Source: Selaginella moellendorffii
Lineage: Eukaryota; Plantae; Lycopodiophyta
Assembly: GCF_000143415.4 (NCBI RefSeq)
Contig: NW_003314262.1
Location: 80,183-144,182, forward strand
Length of the DNA stretch: 64,000 nt
Direction of reading: 5' to 3'
Part shown: positions 1-11,025 of the stretch, piece after piece
Numbering within the stretch: the first letter of the stretch is position 1
How the letters are laid out: every line of letters begins with the position of its first letter
Notes under the pieces: generated by a model
Database searches by the model: none
The model's input: only the letters and a program-made list of their open reading frames with translations
Told to the model about the DNA's origin: nothing
Program-made: the position numbers and the translations under genes

Positions 1-2387
1 ATTTTGTTAATAGTTCTTGATGAATGTTTATTTGGCTTGCACATATGAAATAGATAAGAATAAAATTTTAAAAAAATATTTCATATAATTAATATTTTAT
101 TGTGTGTTGCATGTAGCAACATTTGGTTTTTTAAATAGCATTAGCATTATTGAATATCCAATTGATCAATTACAAGTATATTTATAATTTATAAATCAAG
201 ATTAATCTTATTAAATAAAGTTTATTCTCTTTATTACATATAACATTTTTCAAAGATATAACTTATCTTCACATATCAAGGGCTACATTTGAATTTTAAT
301 ATACACATGTTACAATATACCAAAATCTATAAAAAAAAAAAGTATAGAAAAGAAGAATGACTTATAATTATTGTGTCAAAAAGATTTTTGCAACTTTTTG
401 CAATTAAAAAAATATGATGGAAATCCCTTTAAATAATTGTGGTAAACAAGAAGATGTAAAGTGGAATTTAAAATTTTAATTAAGGTAAAATATAATTTTT
501 AAGACTAAAAACTTAATTAAATGTTATTTAGGCAATTGTACACTATAGTGGTATAAAAACGTGGTAAAAATTGATTAAAATATTTACTATTTAATTAAAA
601 AAATTAACTAATTTTCAGGAAAACAAATTTTGCAACTAGTTTTATTCTGAAAATAAATATAATCATATAACTAGTCCAAATAATCAAATATAAAATATTT
701 AATAAATAAATAATAATAAATAAATAAATATTTTTAATAGATAGTCATTTTGGTTACTTTTTAATCTTGTAATTTGCATTCGCTCAATTATAAAGAACTT
801 TATGTACTTGAATTAGCATTGTTTTGAGATCCAATTTAAGCTAAAATATCAAATTCATTATATGTTGGTTAAATGATTATATATGATATGTTTCATCTAG
901 AAGACTACCACAATAATACCCCTATCCTCCAAACCAACAAGTTCTACTTGATACATTAAATATGTTTAATAGGGTAACAATTGGGCCGAAAGGGGGAAGG
1001 GGCAATAAGGGGTGGGGGATGAAAGGGGTTTATAGGAATGGCTTCCCCTTGGGTAGTGTTTAGTATGTAAATGGAGAAAATGTTGATGTGCATGTGTAAA
1101 TCCATCATCTGTACATCTATTGTAGCCTTTGAAGGTTCAATGAGAACATTAAATTAATTACTATAGTATTTGCATTTGGTCTTTTAAAGCAATAGGGGTT
1201 ATTGTTATTAGAGTTGGCAATGTGGGGGGATGTTTTATTGAACATGCCTGGAGTGGCCAAATTTATATAAGCAATAGAAGGGTGGGCTATATTTCTCTCT
1301 AGATCACTTTGTCTTAATATAGTTGGTAGAAGCATCAAAACCTAGGACCCTACCCCTACCCTCAATAGGAACCATTCTTGCCCCACTTTGTGGTGGGTTG
1401 CACTTATGATCTAAAATGCTCTTGATTGATAGATAATGGTCATCTAACAATAATGTGTTAGTTAGTGATCACTCCATACCCAACCTATGGGGTACTAGGC
1501 TTTGGATCATTTATTACGTGGCTACAATTAGGGCAAGATATATAATGGGTGTGGATAACATTGTAAGCTCATGAATTGAAACTTCCTGAGAAGTCACCTA
1601 GCCCAATATTATTTAAACCCAAAGGACGTAACCCCAAATATCCTAAAACCCTTAATCGATTAGAAAAAAGTGCATTTTTATTCATGGGCTTTTTCCCTTT
1701 ATATTTAAACTTATACAAATCATTTCTTAAGTAATTCCCTTTAGTTGCTTATAAACACTTAGGCAAATAGTGAATGCTTTACTGTCCCACTTCTTCACCC
1801 AATTGTTTGACATTGTAAGGATTGTTGAGATTAACTTGGCTTGGTTGATGATATACTTCTCTCAAAGGGTAATCACCCCACTCTAATGCCAACCTTAATA
1901 CTGATCAACCCACCCACACCACTCTAATAAATCATGTTTAGCTCAACATTGTTAAATGGTTAGTGAGACCATCTACTCTACCAAGTGGCCTGCCTCATAA
2001 ATGGTGCAAGATAGAGGCTATTATGGCCAAGGAAAGGGTTTATGGGGATAAGGCAAGGCATACAAACACAAGAAATAACCATCAAGTGTGACAAAGCATA
2101 AGCTCTTGAATTTATATTTCCTAAAAAGTCATTTAATAGTATTTAAACTCAAGAACACTTAATCCTAAATATCCCAAAACTTAACCAATTGGAAAAGGAA
2201 GTACACTCTTATTCAAACCCTTTTTCTTTATATTTATTCTTTTTGGTTACATACAACACATTTTCTTAGGAGGTATGTTTATTTGGGGGAGAGATGAGTG
2301 AGAAGATTGACATTCTAAATGCTTAATTTTGCTTATACAGAAGTTGTGACCTAAGTTGATATGTTACCACTCCACCTACAATAAAGG

Positions 2388-2752
2388 TCCAGTAAATGCC
2401 CAATTTTGCCATCCATACCATCCATTAGTTGAAAATATCCATATCCATTAAAAGTAACTCCTATAAAATATCTATTATGCAATGTAAAACTACATTTGTC
2501 GTAAAAACCTTGACTATATCTTTTACTTTTAAAAACATTACCATAACGCCATACAATTGCATTTCCATATTTATTACATCTTTCAACTTCACCTATCATT
2601 TGAGGAGCCCAATCATAATCATTAATATAATCTGTTTGATTTGTACTAATTGAGTTATTCATTTCTTTATATGTATTTAAAGAATGCTCTACAGGAAAAT
2701 AGCAATTTACATGTGATAAAACTAGAAACAGAGAAATATAAAATAGTGCCAT
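2388..2752 (-). pseudogene. Frameshifted, 3'-truncated copy of the small secreted protein gene at 10618-11025
   Basis: Colinear up to ...GYGYFQ, then a 1-nt loss (ttttcaactaatg vs ttttcaaactgatg) shifts the frame. Homology stops at 2388, so the GWQNWAFTGTWKR C-terminus is lost. Confidence 0.8.
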
Positions 2753-2941
2753 ATTGAATAGCTGGATAAATATTGTTCTCTTTATATTACATTTTTATTA
2801 TTGTTTAATATTAAGCTTCATTATTATTTGTTGACTATAAACATAATTTGGTAGGACAAGGAATATTTTGTTTGAATTTGATTAAATCTAGGTGTATTGG
2901 GTTTAAGGCCTTAGTTTCTTTTAAGAAAGAGAATAATGCTG

Positions 2942-3700
2942 CTACTTTGCTTTTTTGTCATCATATTCTGGACCTGTGTTCACAAGATGCTGGTGCACTG
3001 CTGCATAGGGATCTTGTTGAAACTGTGGATGTGATAAAACAGCTGCCAGCTGCTTCGTTTCTCTGATTCTGTATGGTAACGTATCTGATCAGATATTGAG
3101 AAAAAAAGGAAAAGTGCAGAGAAATGACTGCTTACATGAGCTGTTGTCGATGCTTTTGTCTGTTAGATTTCTTGGTGCAAACTCGCTGCTGGTTTGGAAT
3201 GTCAGGTAGAAACTCTCCCAGCGAAGGTAAATCCTGCAGAGTTGTTCTTGTGTTTCTTCGTTTTGGCTTTGATTTCTTCTGGAAGTCAGGACTGTTAAAA
3301 CTTCACACAAGAATATTTCAGCTCGCTACCTTTGCCTTGGCCAACGCAGTCTGTGTCTCTCGCAATTCTGAAAGAAAAGAGAAGTAAAACAAGCATTTGC
3401 AGAAAGAAGTACACTCACTTGCTAGAAACCGCTCTTGTTTCGCCAGTTTCTTCCTGACACTCGGCTTGATTTCTCTTTCAGCTTCCACATTCCTAAAACA
3501 AGAAAAGAAGTAAAGAGTTACAAGATAAACCAGATCACATCCATGCAGTGTCTACTTTGTCTCGTTCTCTTCTTGGGTTTTCTTTTCCTGGAACGAAAAA
3601 TCAAAATCGAAACCGCAAACCCAAAAACACAAAGAAAAACGGACCTGGACTTTTGCGGATTTCTCACGCACTTTCTGCCGAATCGTCTTCAGCGCTTTAC
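2942..3700 (-). pseudogene. SLX9-like pseudogene (duplicate of 9619-10421 lacking the ATG exon and most of intron 1)
   Basis: Exons 2-7 are present in inverted copy. The ATG context and intron-1 acceptor are deleted (ctttggtaaagcgctgaagacgatt vs gaaATGgtaaagcgt...gtgcag|gttaagaagaagacgatt). Confidence 0.8.
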
Positions 3701-3745
3701 CAAAGCTAAAACCCCTGCCCTAGCTCCAAAATACCGGGATATTCT

Positions 3746-4168
3746 CCACCACTTTTTGTTCGTTTGGACGTACAAGTTGGACAGCAACAAGTAAGACATC
3801 TTCTCTCCGGGCAGCGCGAACTCTGCTGCTCGCTCCCCTCGCTCGCCATCACCCTGCTCCTTGCAGGAATTGAGGAAAATCTTCGACAACGCCAGGACTT
3901 CCATGTCCGGTGGGAGCTTTTGGATGAGCTCCTCGGCCTCCAATCGTCCCAGCAAATCGATCATGCACCCAAGATGCATAGCTGATCGCCGGAGACAGTG
4001 ATCCGTGGCCATGGACACGAACAGCCCGATTGCCTCGTCCAGGAACCCTGCATGGCTTCCTGACGAGAAAGGAGATTCCATCGGGCTTGACACCCTCTTG
4101 CTGCATTCTCCAGAGAAGCTGGAGTGTTTGTTCTCCGTGTCCGTGCTGGGCAAACGAGGGGATCACCG
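3746..4168 (-). pseudogene. 3' fragment of the PPR gene (last motifs and E domain) with deletions and frameshifts
   Basis: FAQHGHGEQTLQLL...KPDGISFLV / SHAGFLDEAI...YLLLSNLYVQTNKKW matches 9112-9566. TMAAC and SSRLS are deleted and the frame is broken. Confidence 0.9.
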
Positions 4169-5083
4169 GCAATCACCGAACTTTATGCAAACGCGGCGAT
4201 CTAGACTTGTGAATGCGAGCTCCAAGTGGGTCATTTTTGGTAGTGGTCACAAAAATAACTTCAAGTAAACATAATTTGCTACACTATCTATATATTTATT
4301 ATTAATAATTATGTGATATTAATTGAAAATAATAAAGTGTATTTGAATAACATTAATTATTTTATTTTGTTTCAACTTATTACCTTTGCGATGCTCTTTC
4401 TACATTTTCATATTGCCATGGCAGACTTGAGAGAGGTTCAGAGATGGCAGGCTGAGCTACGATGCTATGCCGCATGGCGCCCATCTTGGGGTTCCACCGC
4501 AGCTGGACGCCATCGCAGTTCTTTGCTAGCCAACAAAGGATAGAGTATGTCATTTTTTTCGAGACTGTTAAGTTTTTTCAAACTCGAAGTTGGAAATTTA
4601 AGGGAGACTCAACAACAACTCGGCAGTTGGCAGGAGTTGTTCCATCATCGATGCAGTGACAATTTTAAAAGTGCTGCTAAAAGAGACCATCATGGCCATG
4701 TTTGCATTGAGGAGAAACCACTAGCTTCGGAGGAAACTATCACAGTTAGAGCACTAACTTTGATTCTAGAGTTTCACAGGGAAACACTTCTACGGGGATA
4801 ACCACCAGGATTTTTACAGCGATTTTGAAGAGTTACAGCAATACTTATAGAGAAGAGACTTCATAGCTTGATTCTCCAAAATCGGATGAAGTGGACCAAG
4901 ACAAGGCTTGTGTGCCGCATAGCCCCCGTCTTTTGACAGCATAAGTGCTCAATCCGGCTCAATCAAAGTTCCACATGTTCTTCCCTCATGCAATGTAGAA
5001 CATAAAAAAAAAAAAAAACAGTCTTCCAGGAAGAAAAAAATGAAAGTACCATTTCCACGTGCATAGCTCCAAAGAGGTGGCAG

Positions 5084-5380
5084 AGAATATAAGCTTCGAT
5101 AACCTTGGTGCATAAGCTGGCTGGTGCTCTTCTCGCCATGGCTCACGTCCATGCTCGGCCCTGAAAGAAGAAAATGCTTACGAATCAAAGAAAAGCAGTA
5201 GAGAATAAGCTTCGACCTTGGCTATAAGCTGGCTGAGTGCTCCGCCCTGAAAGAATAAAAGCTTAGCAATCTTAAAAATGCAGCAAAGAATAGCTTCGAC
5301 CTGGGCTCTTTGGTGCTGGTGTGGCCTAGTTCGCCATTGGTCATGTGCATACTCCGCCCTGAAAAGCAATAGCTTATACC
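5084..5380. repeat. Three degenerate tandem units (agaat..agcttcga..ccttgg...ctccgccctgaaag..aa..gctta)
   Basis: Units at about 5084-5181, 5202-5267 and 5287-5380 share both ends and differ in the middle. On the minus strand each has a tttcag|ggc acceptor-like site. Confidence 0.6.
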
Positions 5381-5384
5381 TTGA

Positions 5385-6620
5385 ACCTGCAACCAGACAA
5401 ATTACAGAGTTCGAAAGCCATCGAAAACAAGTTTACCTCATGTCATTTTCTTGCTTTGTGCCAAAGACGGCTCTTTCGTGTTCTTCTCGTTTATAAACTT
5501 CATTCCACAATGAAACGTAGTATGGATATCTTTCCCAGTCACCACCCACCACGGTCCGGTTCCGATCTGCAAATCCCTCGCTCTGTGCCCGTACCTACGT
5601 GCATCGCGATCAGAAGCTGACAAAAAACACCTCGGGGAAAAGCAGCTACTTGTCACTGAAACCTGGAGTATCAGCGAGCATAGCCCCTCTAAATGGCAAA
5701 TGCAAGAGAGAAACGTGCCGATCCAGTCCGATACCACACCTCATTTATGTGAATGACTTCATCGTCGACGTCGTCTAGCGCCTGTACACGCGACAATCGA
5801 AGTTAGTTCTAGACGAACTTCGAAGGTATACAGACCTGGATGTCATCGGGTGGAAGGCAAGACTTCCGTGTAGAAAGTTTACCAAGCTCGAACTCTGACA
5901 ACACTTGGTCCAAAAACGACTGATGTTTTATCTTCGAGGAGAGCAGCCATGTCATGAACCCCCATACCAAACTCTTCACTGCATATGTATGGTTTACATC
6001 CCGACTCCATCAGCCACTATCTTTCATCTGAAAACTAAAAATGATCCTTCTATCAGCTTTGCAAAAGCGAAAAGAAAGAAATAAAACGGGTACCTCCTGA
6101 GTAACAAGATCCGCCTTGTTGAGCACCACTGCTAGAGGTACTCCAGGACTATTATTCAGTATCACAGGATCCAAGCGCGGCCTATCGAGTGAGAACAACA
6201 CCAGTAACAAATCAGCATTGGCCACTGCTGGATCTGAAGTCTCCGATCGTCTCTGTAGTAGAACATCTTCAATCATCCCACGTTTGTCTGTCCAATCCTG
6301 ATCTTCTTGAGAAGCGCTCTCACCACGCAAAGAAGCTTCATCCCTGCTCTAAAGCCCTTCTCTTGCAAGCCATCGTCGAGCGCTCCAGCTCGTTCCACCA
6401 CGGCAGTCATGACATTCGCCTGCGCCGAGGTTACCTGACCGACTCCTCAGCTAAAAGATTGTCGAATCGCTTCACATCGGGCAATGTCGTTACATCACGC
6501 ACCTGTTGATTCCACTGGCGAGAGACTTGCTTGGAATTGCCCCGCCACTGCCGATCCCACTGCTTGTGGAGCTGCTTCCTGGCCGGGCCGTGCGCATTCT
6601 TCCTCTCGCATCGCACCACC
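5385..6620 (-). pseudogene. rsgA: Pseudogene of organellar small-subunit biogenesis GTPase RsgA/EngC
   Basis: Ordered motifs across frames: KLLCVVRALLKKI, DWTDKRGMIEDV, DPAVANADLLLVLFSLDRP, VVLNKADL (G4), KTSVVFGPS (broken G1), RHVSLL..MLADTPGF (G3), GDWERYPYY...FGTKQENDMR. This is the circularly permuted G4-G1-G3 order. The P-loop GKS and the Cys/His zinc motif are deleted; stops and frameshifts are present. Confidence 0.85.
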
Positions 6621-6920
6621 GGCAGCCGCTGCTCAAGAGCCCTAAACGTTCTTTTTTCGCGCCAAAGGGTTTTTGGGCCGAATTTTCATCATGTAGTGTT
6701 TGCTAAGAGCAAATGCCCATAGATGGAATGCACTGTAGAGGAGGAGGGAAATCCAAGCTTTAACTTATCTTGCAATCCACCATAATATGGATATGCCGAA
6801 AACATTACAGCACTTGCTACAACCATAGTGGTTCCAACAACGCTTAGACAGGCAAGGTCAAAAGGCATGCATGGCTGCATCGAAAGAAGCATGTAGCTAA
6901 GATCTGACTTTGCATGGCTC

Positions 6921-9566
6921 ATGCTTCAAGGGAGATGGATCGATGTAGTAGTAGCACCAAAAAAGGCTTCTCGATCGATCTCTACAATTCTTGTGACAAG
7001 ACCAAAGGAATCAGGCTCAAGAAATCAGTGCAAAGAAGACGAACTGGTCGACGGCATTGGGTGTGCAAATCTCACAGCCTCGACATTGGCCGACCTCCTC
7101 CGGCACTGCGCTGCGCACAAGGCGCTCGATCGAGGCAAAGCAATCCATGAGTTCCTGGAGAAATTCGGATGGATCCGCGACAGGCTGCTGGCAAATCTCC
7201 TCATCGTCTTCTATGGCAAGTGCGGGGAGTTGCAAGAAGCGCTCAGGGTCTTCCAAAATATTGCAAGTCCGAACACTATCTCTTGGACAGTGCTTATTAC
7301 AGCAAATGCCCATAATGGGCATTGCGAGGAGGCATTACATTTCTTTCGCTCTATGGATCTGGAAGGCATCACGGCCGACACAATCACCATCTCGGCCGCC
7401 CTCGAGGCATGCACGAATCAAAAGTCGCTGCGGGAGGGCCGCGCTCTCCACAGCGCCATCGCCAGCCATGAATTCCTGGTCGATTCCATGGTGAAAAACA
7501 ATCTGGTAAACATGTATGGAAAGTGTGGAAGCATCGATGATGCACAGTCTGTGTTTGATTCCATCTGGGATAAGAACTTGATCTCCTGGAATGTGATGAT
7601 CTCCGCGCTCGTCCACAACGAGCGTGGCGAGGCCATCGTTGTCCTCTGGAAGACGATGCTGCTCGAGGGATTCAAACCGGACAAGGTAAGCTTCGTGACC
7701 TTCATCGATGCTTGTGCCAACTTAGCCGCTCTTGACGAAGGAATTCTTGCTCACAGGCAAGTTTCCAGCCAGGGATTGGAATCCAATCGAGTCGTCGGCA
7801 ACACTCTTGTCAACATGTATGGAAAGTGTGGAAAAGTCGAGCTTGCGAGGGATTTCTTCGAGGGAATGCCGGACAGAGATGCAGTGTCCTGGAACACCAT
7901 GATCGCTGGTTACGTCCTCCACAACCACAACGTCGAGGCTCTGGAGCTCTTTAAGTTGATGGATCTAGAGGGCGTTGGAGCGACGAAGGTGACCTTTGTG
8001 ACGACGCTAGATGCTTGCTGGAAGCTGGATCAGACGAGAGTGATCCACGAAGCCGTGAGAGATAGTGGCCTGGAGATCGACGAGGTCTTGGGGAGAGCTC
8101 TCATGAACGCTTACAGGGCCTGTGGAAGCCTGGACGAAGTGAGACAAGTTTTCGATCAAGTCTCTTTCTCTTCCGGTGGCTACAGTGCGCTTCTCTGGAA
8201 TGGGCTGCTGTCTTCTTTCTCTTGCTGCGACGACGATCGCTCGGCTGCCAGAGTATTCATTCAGATGCAACTCGAGGGAGTGAAATCGGACAAGCTGACA
8301 CTCATCTCGATCTTGGATTCTTGCGTAACTCTCTCGAATCTCAAGCTCGGGGAGATCGTCCACGCCTGCATTGTGGAGCTCGGCCTCGAGCACGAGTTGT
8401 TCCTCAGGACAGCGCTGATCAACATGTACGGTAAGTGTGGCCAGCTCCAGCAAGCTCGGAACCTCTTTGATTCGATGAAAGCCAAAGACTCGGTGGCCTG
8501 GAACGCGATGCTCTCGTCCTACGCTCACAATGGACGGGCTCTGGACGCGATCCATCTCTTTCTTTGCATGGACTTGGAAGGAGAGAAAGTCGACGGCCTC
8601 ACCATTGCTCGGGTTTTGGATGCCTGTGGAGAAACCTCCCAAACTATAGCTCTCGCAGAGGAGCTCGGCGAGGGATTTCCCTACGGGGACTTTGATATCC
8701 AGATTGGAAACTCTCTCCTCAACGTCTACGCAAAGTCACGCGACCTGGACGCCGCAAAGTGCCTGTTCGAGAGAATGAAGAACAAAGACGTGGTTTCTTT
8801 CAACACCTTGATGGGAATCTACGCCCAGTTGGGTCTTGACAGTGATTGCGTGAAAACATTCCATGGGATGCAGCTCCAAGGCGTGAGGCCGAACAACATC
8901 TCCTACGCAAATGTTCTCGACGCTTGCTCGAACCTCTCAGCTCTCACTTCCGGCAAAGCAATCCACGAGAGCATGAAAGCGAGTGGAATCACGCCCGATC
9001 TCGTCACCGAGACGGCGCTCGTCAACATGTATGGCAAATGCGGCGGCTTGGAGCTCGCCTGGAAGATCTTCCAGTCGATGAGAAACCGGCGAGACTTTGT
9101 CTCGTGGAACGCGGTGATCGCCGCGTTTGCCCAGCACGGACATGGAGAACAAACGCTCCAGCTTCTCCGGAGGATGCAGCAAGAGGGTGTCAAGCCCGAT
9201 GGAATCTCCTTTCTCGTCACCATGGCGGCTTGCAGCCATGCAGGGTTCCTGGACGAGGCGATCGAGCTGTTCGTGTCCATGGCCACGGATCACTGTCTCC
9301 GGCGAGCAGCCACGCATCTTGGGTGCATGATCGATTTGCTGGGACGATCGAGCAGGCTGAGTGAGGCCGAGGAGCTCATCCGGAAGCTCCCACCGGACAT
9401 GGAAGTCCCGGCGTCGTGGAAGATTTTCCTCAATTCCTGCAAGGAGCAAGGTGATGGCGAGCGAGGGGAGCGAGCAGCAGAGCTCGCGGTGAATTCGCTG
9501 CCCGGAGACAAGATGCCATACTTGTTGCTGTCCAACTTGTACGTCCAAACGAACAAAAAGTGGTAG
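6921..9566 (+). CDS. Intronless PLS-class pentatricopeptide repeat protein with C-terminal E domain and no DYW domain (881 aa), likely organellar RNA-editing factor
   Basis: Repeated LVNMYGKCG...A..VF...D.VSWN.MI motifs, then ACSHAG, GCMIDLLGR, SWKIFLNSC and YLLLSNLY. The start codon is not certain. Confidence 0.93.
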   Translation: MLQGRWIDVVVAPKKASRSISTILVTRPKESGSRNQCKEDELVDGIGCANLTASTLADLLRHCAAHKALDRGKAIHEFLEKFGWIRDRLLANLLIVFYGKCGELQEALRVFQNIASPNTISWTVLITANAHNGHCEEALHFFRSMDLEGITADTITISAALEACTNQKSLREGRALHSAIASHEFLVDSMVKNNLVNMYGKCGSIDDAQSVFDSIWDKNLISWNVMISALVHNERGEAIVVLWKTMLLEGFKPDKVSFVTFIDACANLAALDEGILAHRQVSSQGLESNRVVGNTLVNMYGKCGKVELARDFFEGMPDRDAVSWNTMIAGYVLHNHNVEALELFKLMDLEGVGATKVTFVTTLDACWKLDQTRVIHEAVRDSGLEIDEVLGRALMNAYRACGSLDEVRQVFDQVSFSSGGYSALLWNGLLSSFSCCDDDRSAARVFIQMQLEGVKSDKLTLISILDSCVTLSNLKLGEIVHACIVELGLEHELFLRTALINMYGKCGQLQQARNLFDSMKAKDSVAWNAMLSSYAHNGRALDAIHLFLCMDLEGEKVDGLTIARVLDACGETSQTIALAEELGEGFPYGDFDIQIGNSLLNVYAKSRDLDAAKCLFERMKNKDVVSFNTLMGIYAQLGLDSDCVKTFHGMQLQGVRPNNISYANVLDACSNLSALTSGKAIHESMKASGITPDLVTETALVNMYGKCGGLELAWKIFQSMRNRRDFVSWNAVIAAFAQHGHGEQTLQLLRRMQQEGVKPDGISFLVTMAACSHAGFLDEAIELFVSMATDHCLRRAATHLGCMIDLLGRSSRLSEAEELIRKLPPDMEVPASWKIFLNSCKEQGDGERGERAAELAVNSLPGDKMPYLLLSNLYVQTNKKW

Positions 9567-10983
9567 AGAATATCCGGGTATTTGGAGGTAGGGCAGGGGT
9601 TTTAGCTTTGGGGAAGAAATGGTAAAGCGTTCTGCGTGTGTGTGCATTCAGCGATCATTCCCTTGTGCAGGTTAAGAAGAAGACGATTCGGCAGAAAGTG
9701 CGTGAGAAATCCGCAAAAGTCCAGGTCCGTTTTTCTTTGTGTTTTTGGGTTTGCGGTTTCGATTTTGATTTTTCGTTCCAGGAAAAGAAAACCCAAGAAG
9801 AGAACGAGACAAAGTAGACACTGCATGGATGTGATCTGGTTTATCTTGTAACTCTTTACTTCTTTTCTTGTTTTAGGAATGTGGAAGCTGAAAGAGAAAT
9901 CAAGCTGAGTGTCAGGAGGAAACTGGCGAAACAAGAGCGGTTTCTAGCAAGTGAGTGTACTTCTTTCTGCAAATGCTTGTTTTACTTCTCTTTTCTTTCA
10001 GAATTGCGAGAGACACAGACTGCGTTGGCCAAGGCAAAGGTAGCGAGCTGAAATATTCTTGTGTGAAGTTTTAACAGTCCAGACTTCCAGAAGAAATCAA
10101 AGCCAAAACGAAGAAACACAAGAACAACTCTGCAGGATTTATCTTCACTGGGAGAGTTTCTCCCTGACGTTCCAAACCAGCAGCGAGTTTGCACCAAGAA
10201 ATCTAACATGAGACAAAAGCATCGACAACAGCTCATGTAAGCAGTCATTTCTCTGCACTTTTCTCAATTTCTGATCAGATACGTTACCACACAGAATCAG
10301 AGAAACGAAGCAGCTGGCAGCTGTTTTATCACATCCACAGTTTCAACAAGATCCCTATGCAGCAGTGCACCAGCATCTTGTGAACACAGTTCCAGAATAT
10401 GATCACAAAAAAGCAAAGTAGCAGCATCATTGTCTTTCTTAAAAGAACCTAAAGCCCTAAACCCAATACACGTAGATTTAATCAAATTCAAACAAACATT
10501 CCTTGTCTTTTTTCATACCAAATTATGTTTATAGTCAACAAATAATAATGAAGCTTAATATTAAACAATAATAAAAATACAATATAAAGAGAACAATATT
10601 TATCCAGTTATTCAAATATGGCTGCATTTTATATTTCTATGTTTCTAGTTTTACCACATGTAAATTGCTATTTTCATGTAGAGCAATCTTTAAATACATA
10701 TAAAGAAATGAATAACTCAATTACTACAAATCAAACAGACTACATTAATGATTATGATTGGGCTCCTCAAATGATAAGTGAAGTTGAAAGATGTAATAAA
10801 TATGGAAATGCAATTGTATGGCGTTATGGTAATGTTTTTAAAAGTAAAGGATATAGTCATATTTTCTATGATGAATGTAGTTTTACATTGCATAATCAAT
10901 ATTTTATAGGAGTTACTTTTAATGGATATGGATATTTTCAAACTGATGGATGGTATGGATGGCAAAATTGGGCATTTACTGGA
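9112..10983 (+). repeat. Right (intact, source) arm of the inverted duplication
   Basis: See 2388-4168. This arm keeps intact reading frames. Confidence 0.95.
9619..10421 (+). CDS. SLX9: SLX9/FAM207-family ribosome biogenesis protein, 7 exons, 157 aa
   Basis: Manual splice model with GT-AG introns of 49-63 nt: exons 9619-9621, 9671-9724, 9782-9813, 9877-9950, 10002-10039, 10091-10236, 10295-10421 (474 nt, open). Gives MVKKKTIRQK...RRKLAKQERFLAKLRET...DLSSLGEFLP...RETKQLAAVLSHPQFQQDPYAAVHQHLVNT. The DLSSL.EFLP and VL.HP.FQ.DP.AA.HQHL motifs are those of plant SLX9-like proteins. Confidence 0.85.
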
Positions 10984-11025
10984 ACTTGGAAACGTATAAA
11001 CAATCAAATTGTTGAATTTTCTTAA
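10618..11025 (+). CDS. Small putatively secreted protein (135 aa), unknown function
   Basis: Intronless ORF in AT-rich DNA with a hydrophobic N-terminus (MAAFYISMFLVLPHVNC) and an aromatic/Gly-rich C-terminus FNGYGYFQTDGWYGWQNWAFTGTWKR. A paralog lies in the inverted arm. Confidence 0.65.
   Translation: MAAFYISMFLVLPHVNCYFHVEQSLNTYKEMNNSITTNQTDYINDYDWAPQMISEVERCNKYGNAIVWRYGNVFKSKGYSHIFYDECSFTLHNQYFIGVTFNGYGYFQTDGWYGWQNWAFTGTWKRINNQIVEFS

Larger units (their letters stand above)
2388..4168 (-). repeat. Left arm of a ~1.8-kb inverted segmental duplication (partner 9112-10983)
   Basis: Reverse complement aligns nearly base-for-base with 9112-10983. ORF-track pairs 3435-3794/9602-9934, 3124-3387/9982-10248 and 2351-2752/10618-11025 are near identical. 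The left copy has several small deletions. Confidence 0.95.

Noticed and set aside
900-2387. Possible decayed LTR retroelement truncating the duplicated gene (degenerate direct repeat ~1630-1730 vs ~2160-2270)
   Set aside because: No clear termini, PBS, PPT or protein motif could be established.
3124-3794. ORFs MTAYMSCC and MFRQF conserved in two copies (also 9602-10248)
   Set aside because: Antisense to the spliced SLX9 gene; conservation reflects the recent duplication.
4410-4950. Exon-like fragments on the plus strand
   Set aside because: No family recognised and no consistent splice model.
7017-9647. Antisense and alternative-frame ORFs over the PPR, transposase and gag-pol genes
   Set aside because: Shadows of GC-rich coding sequence with no recognisable motifs.
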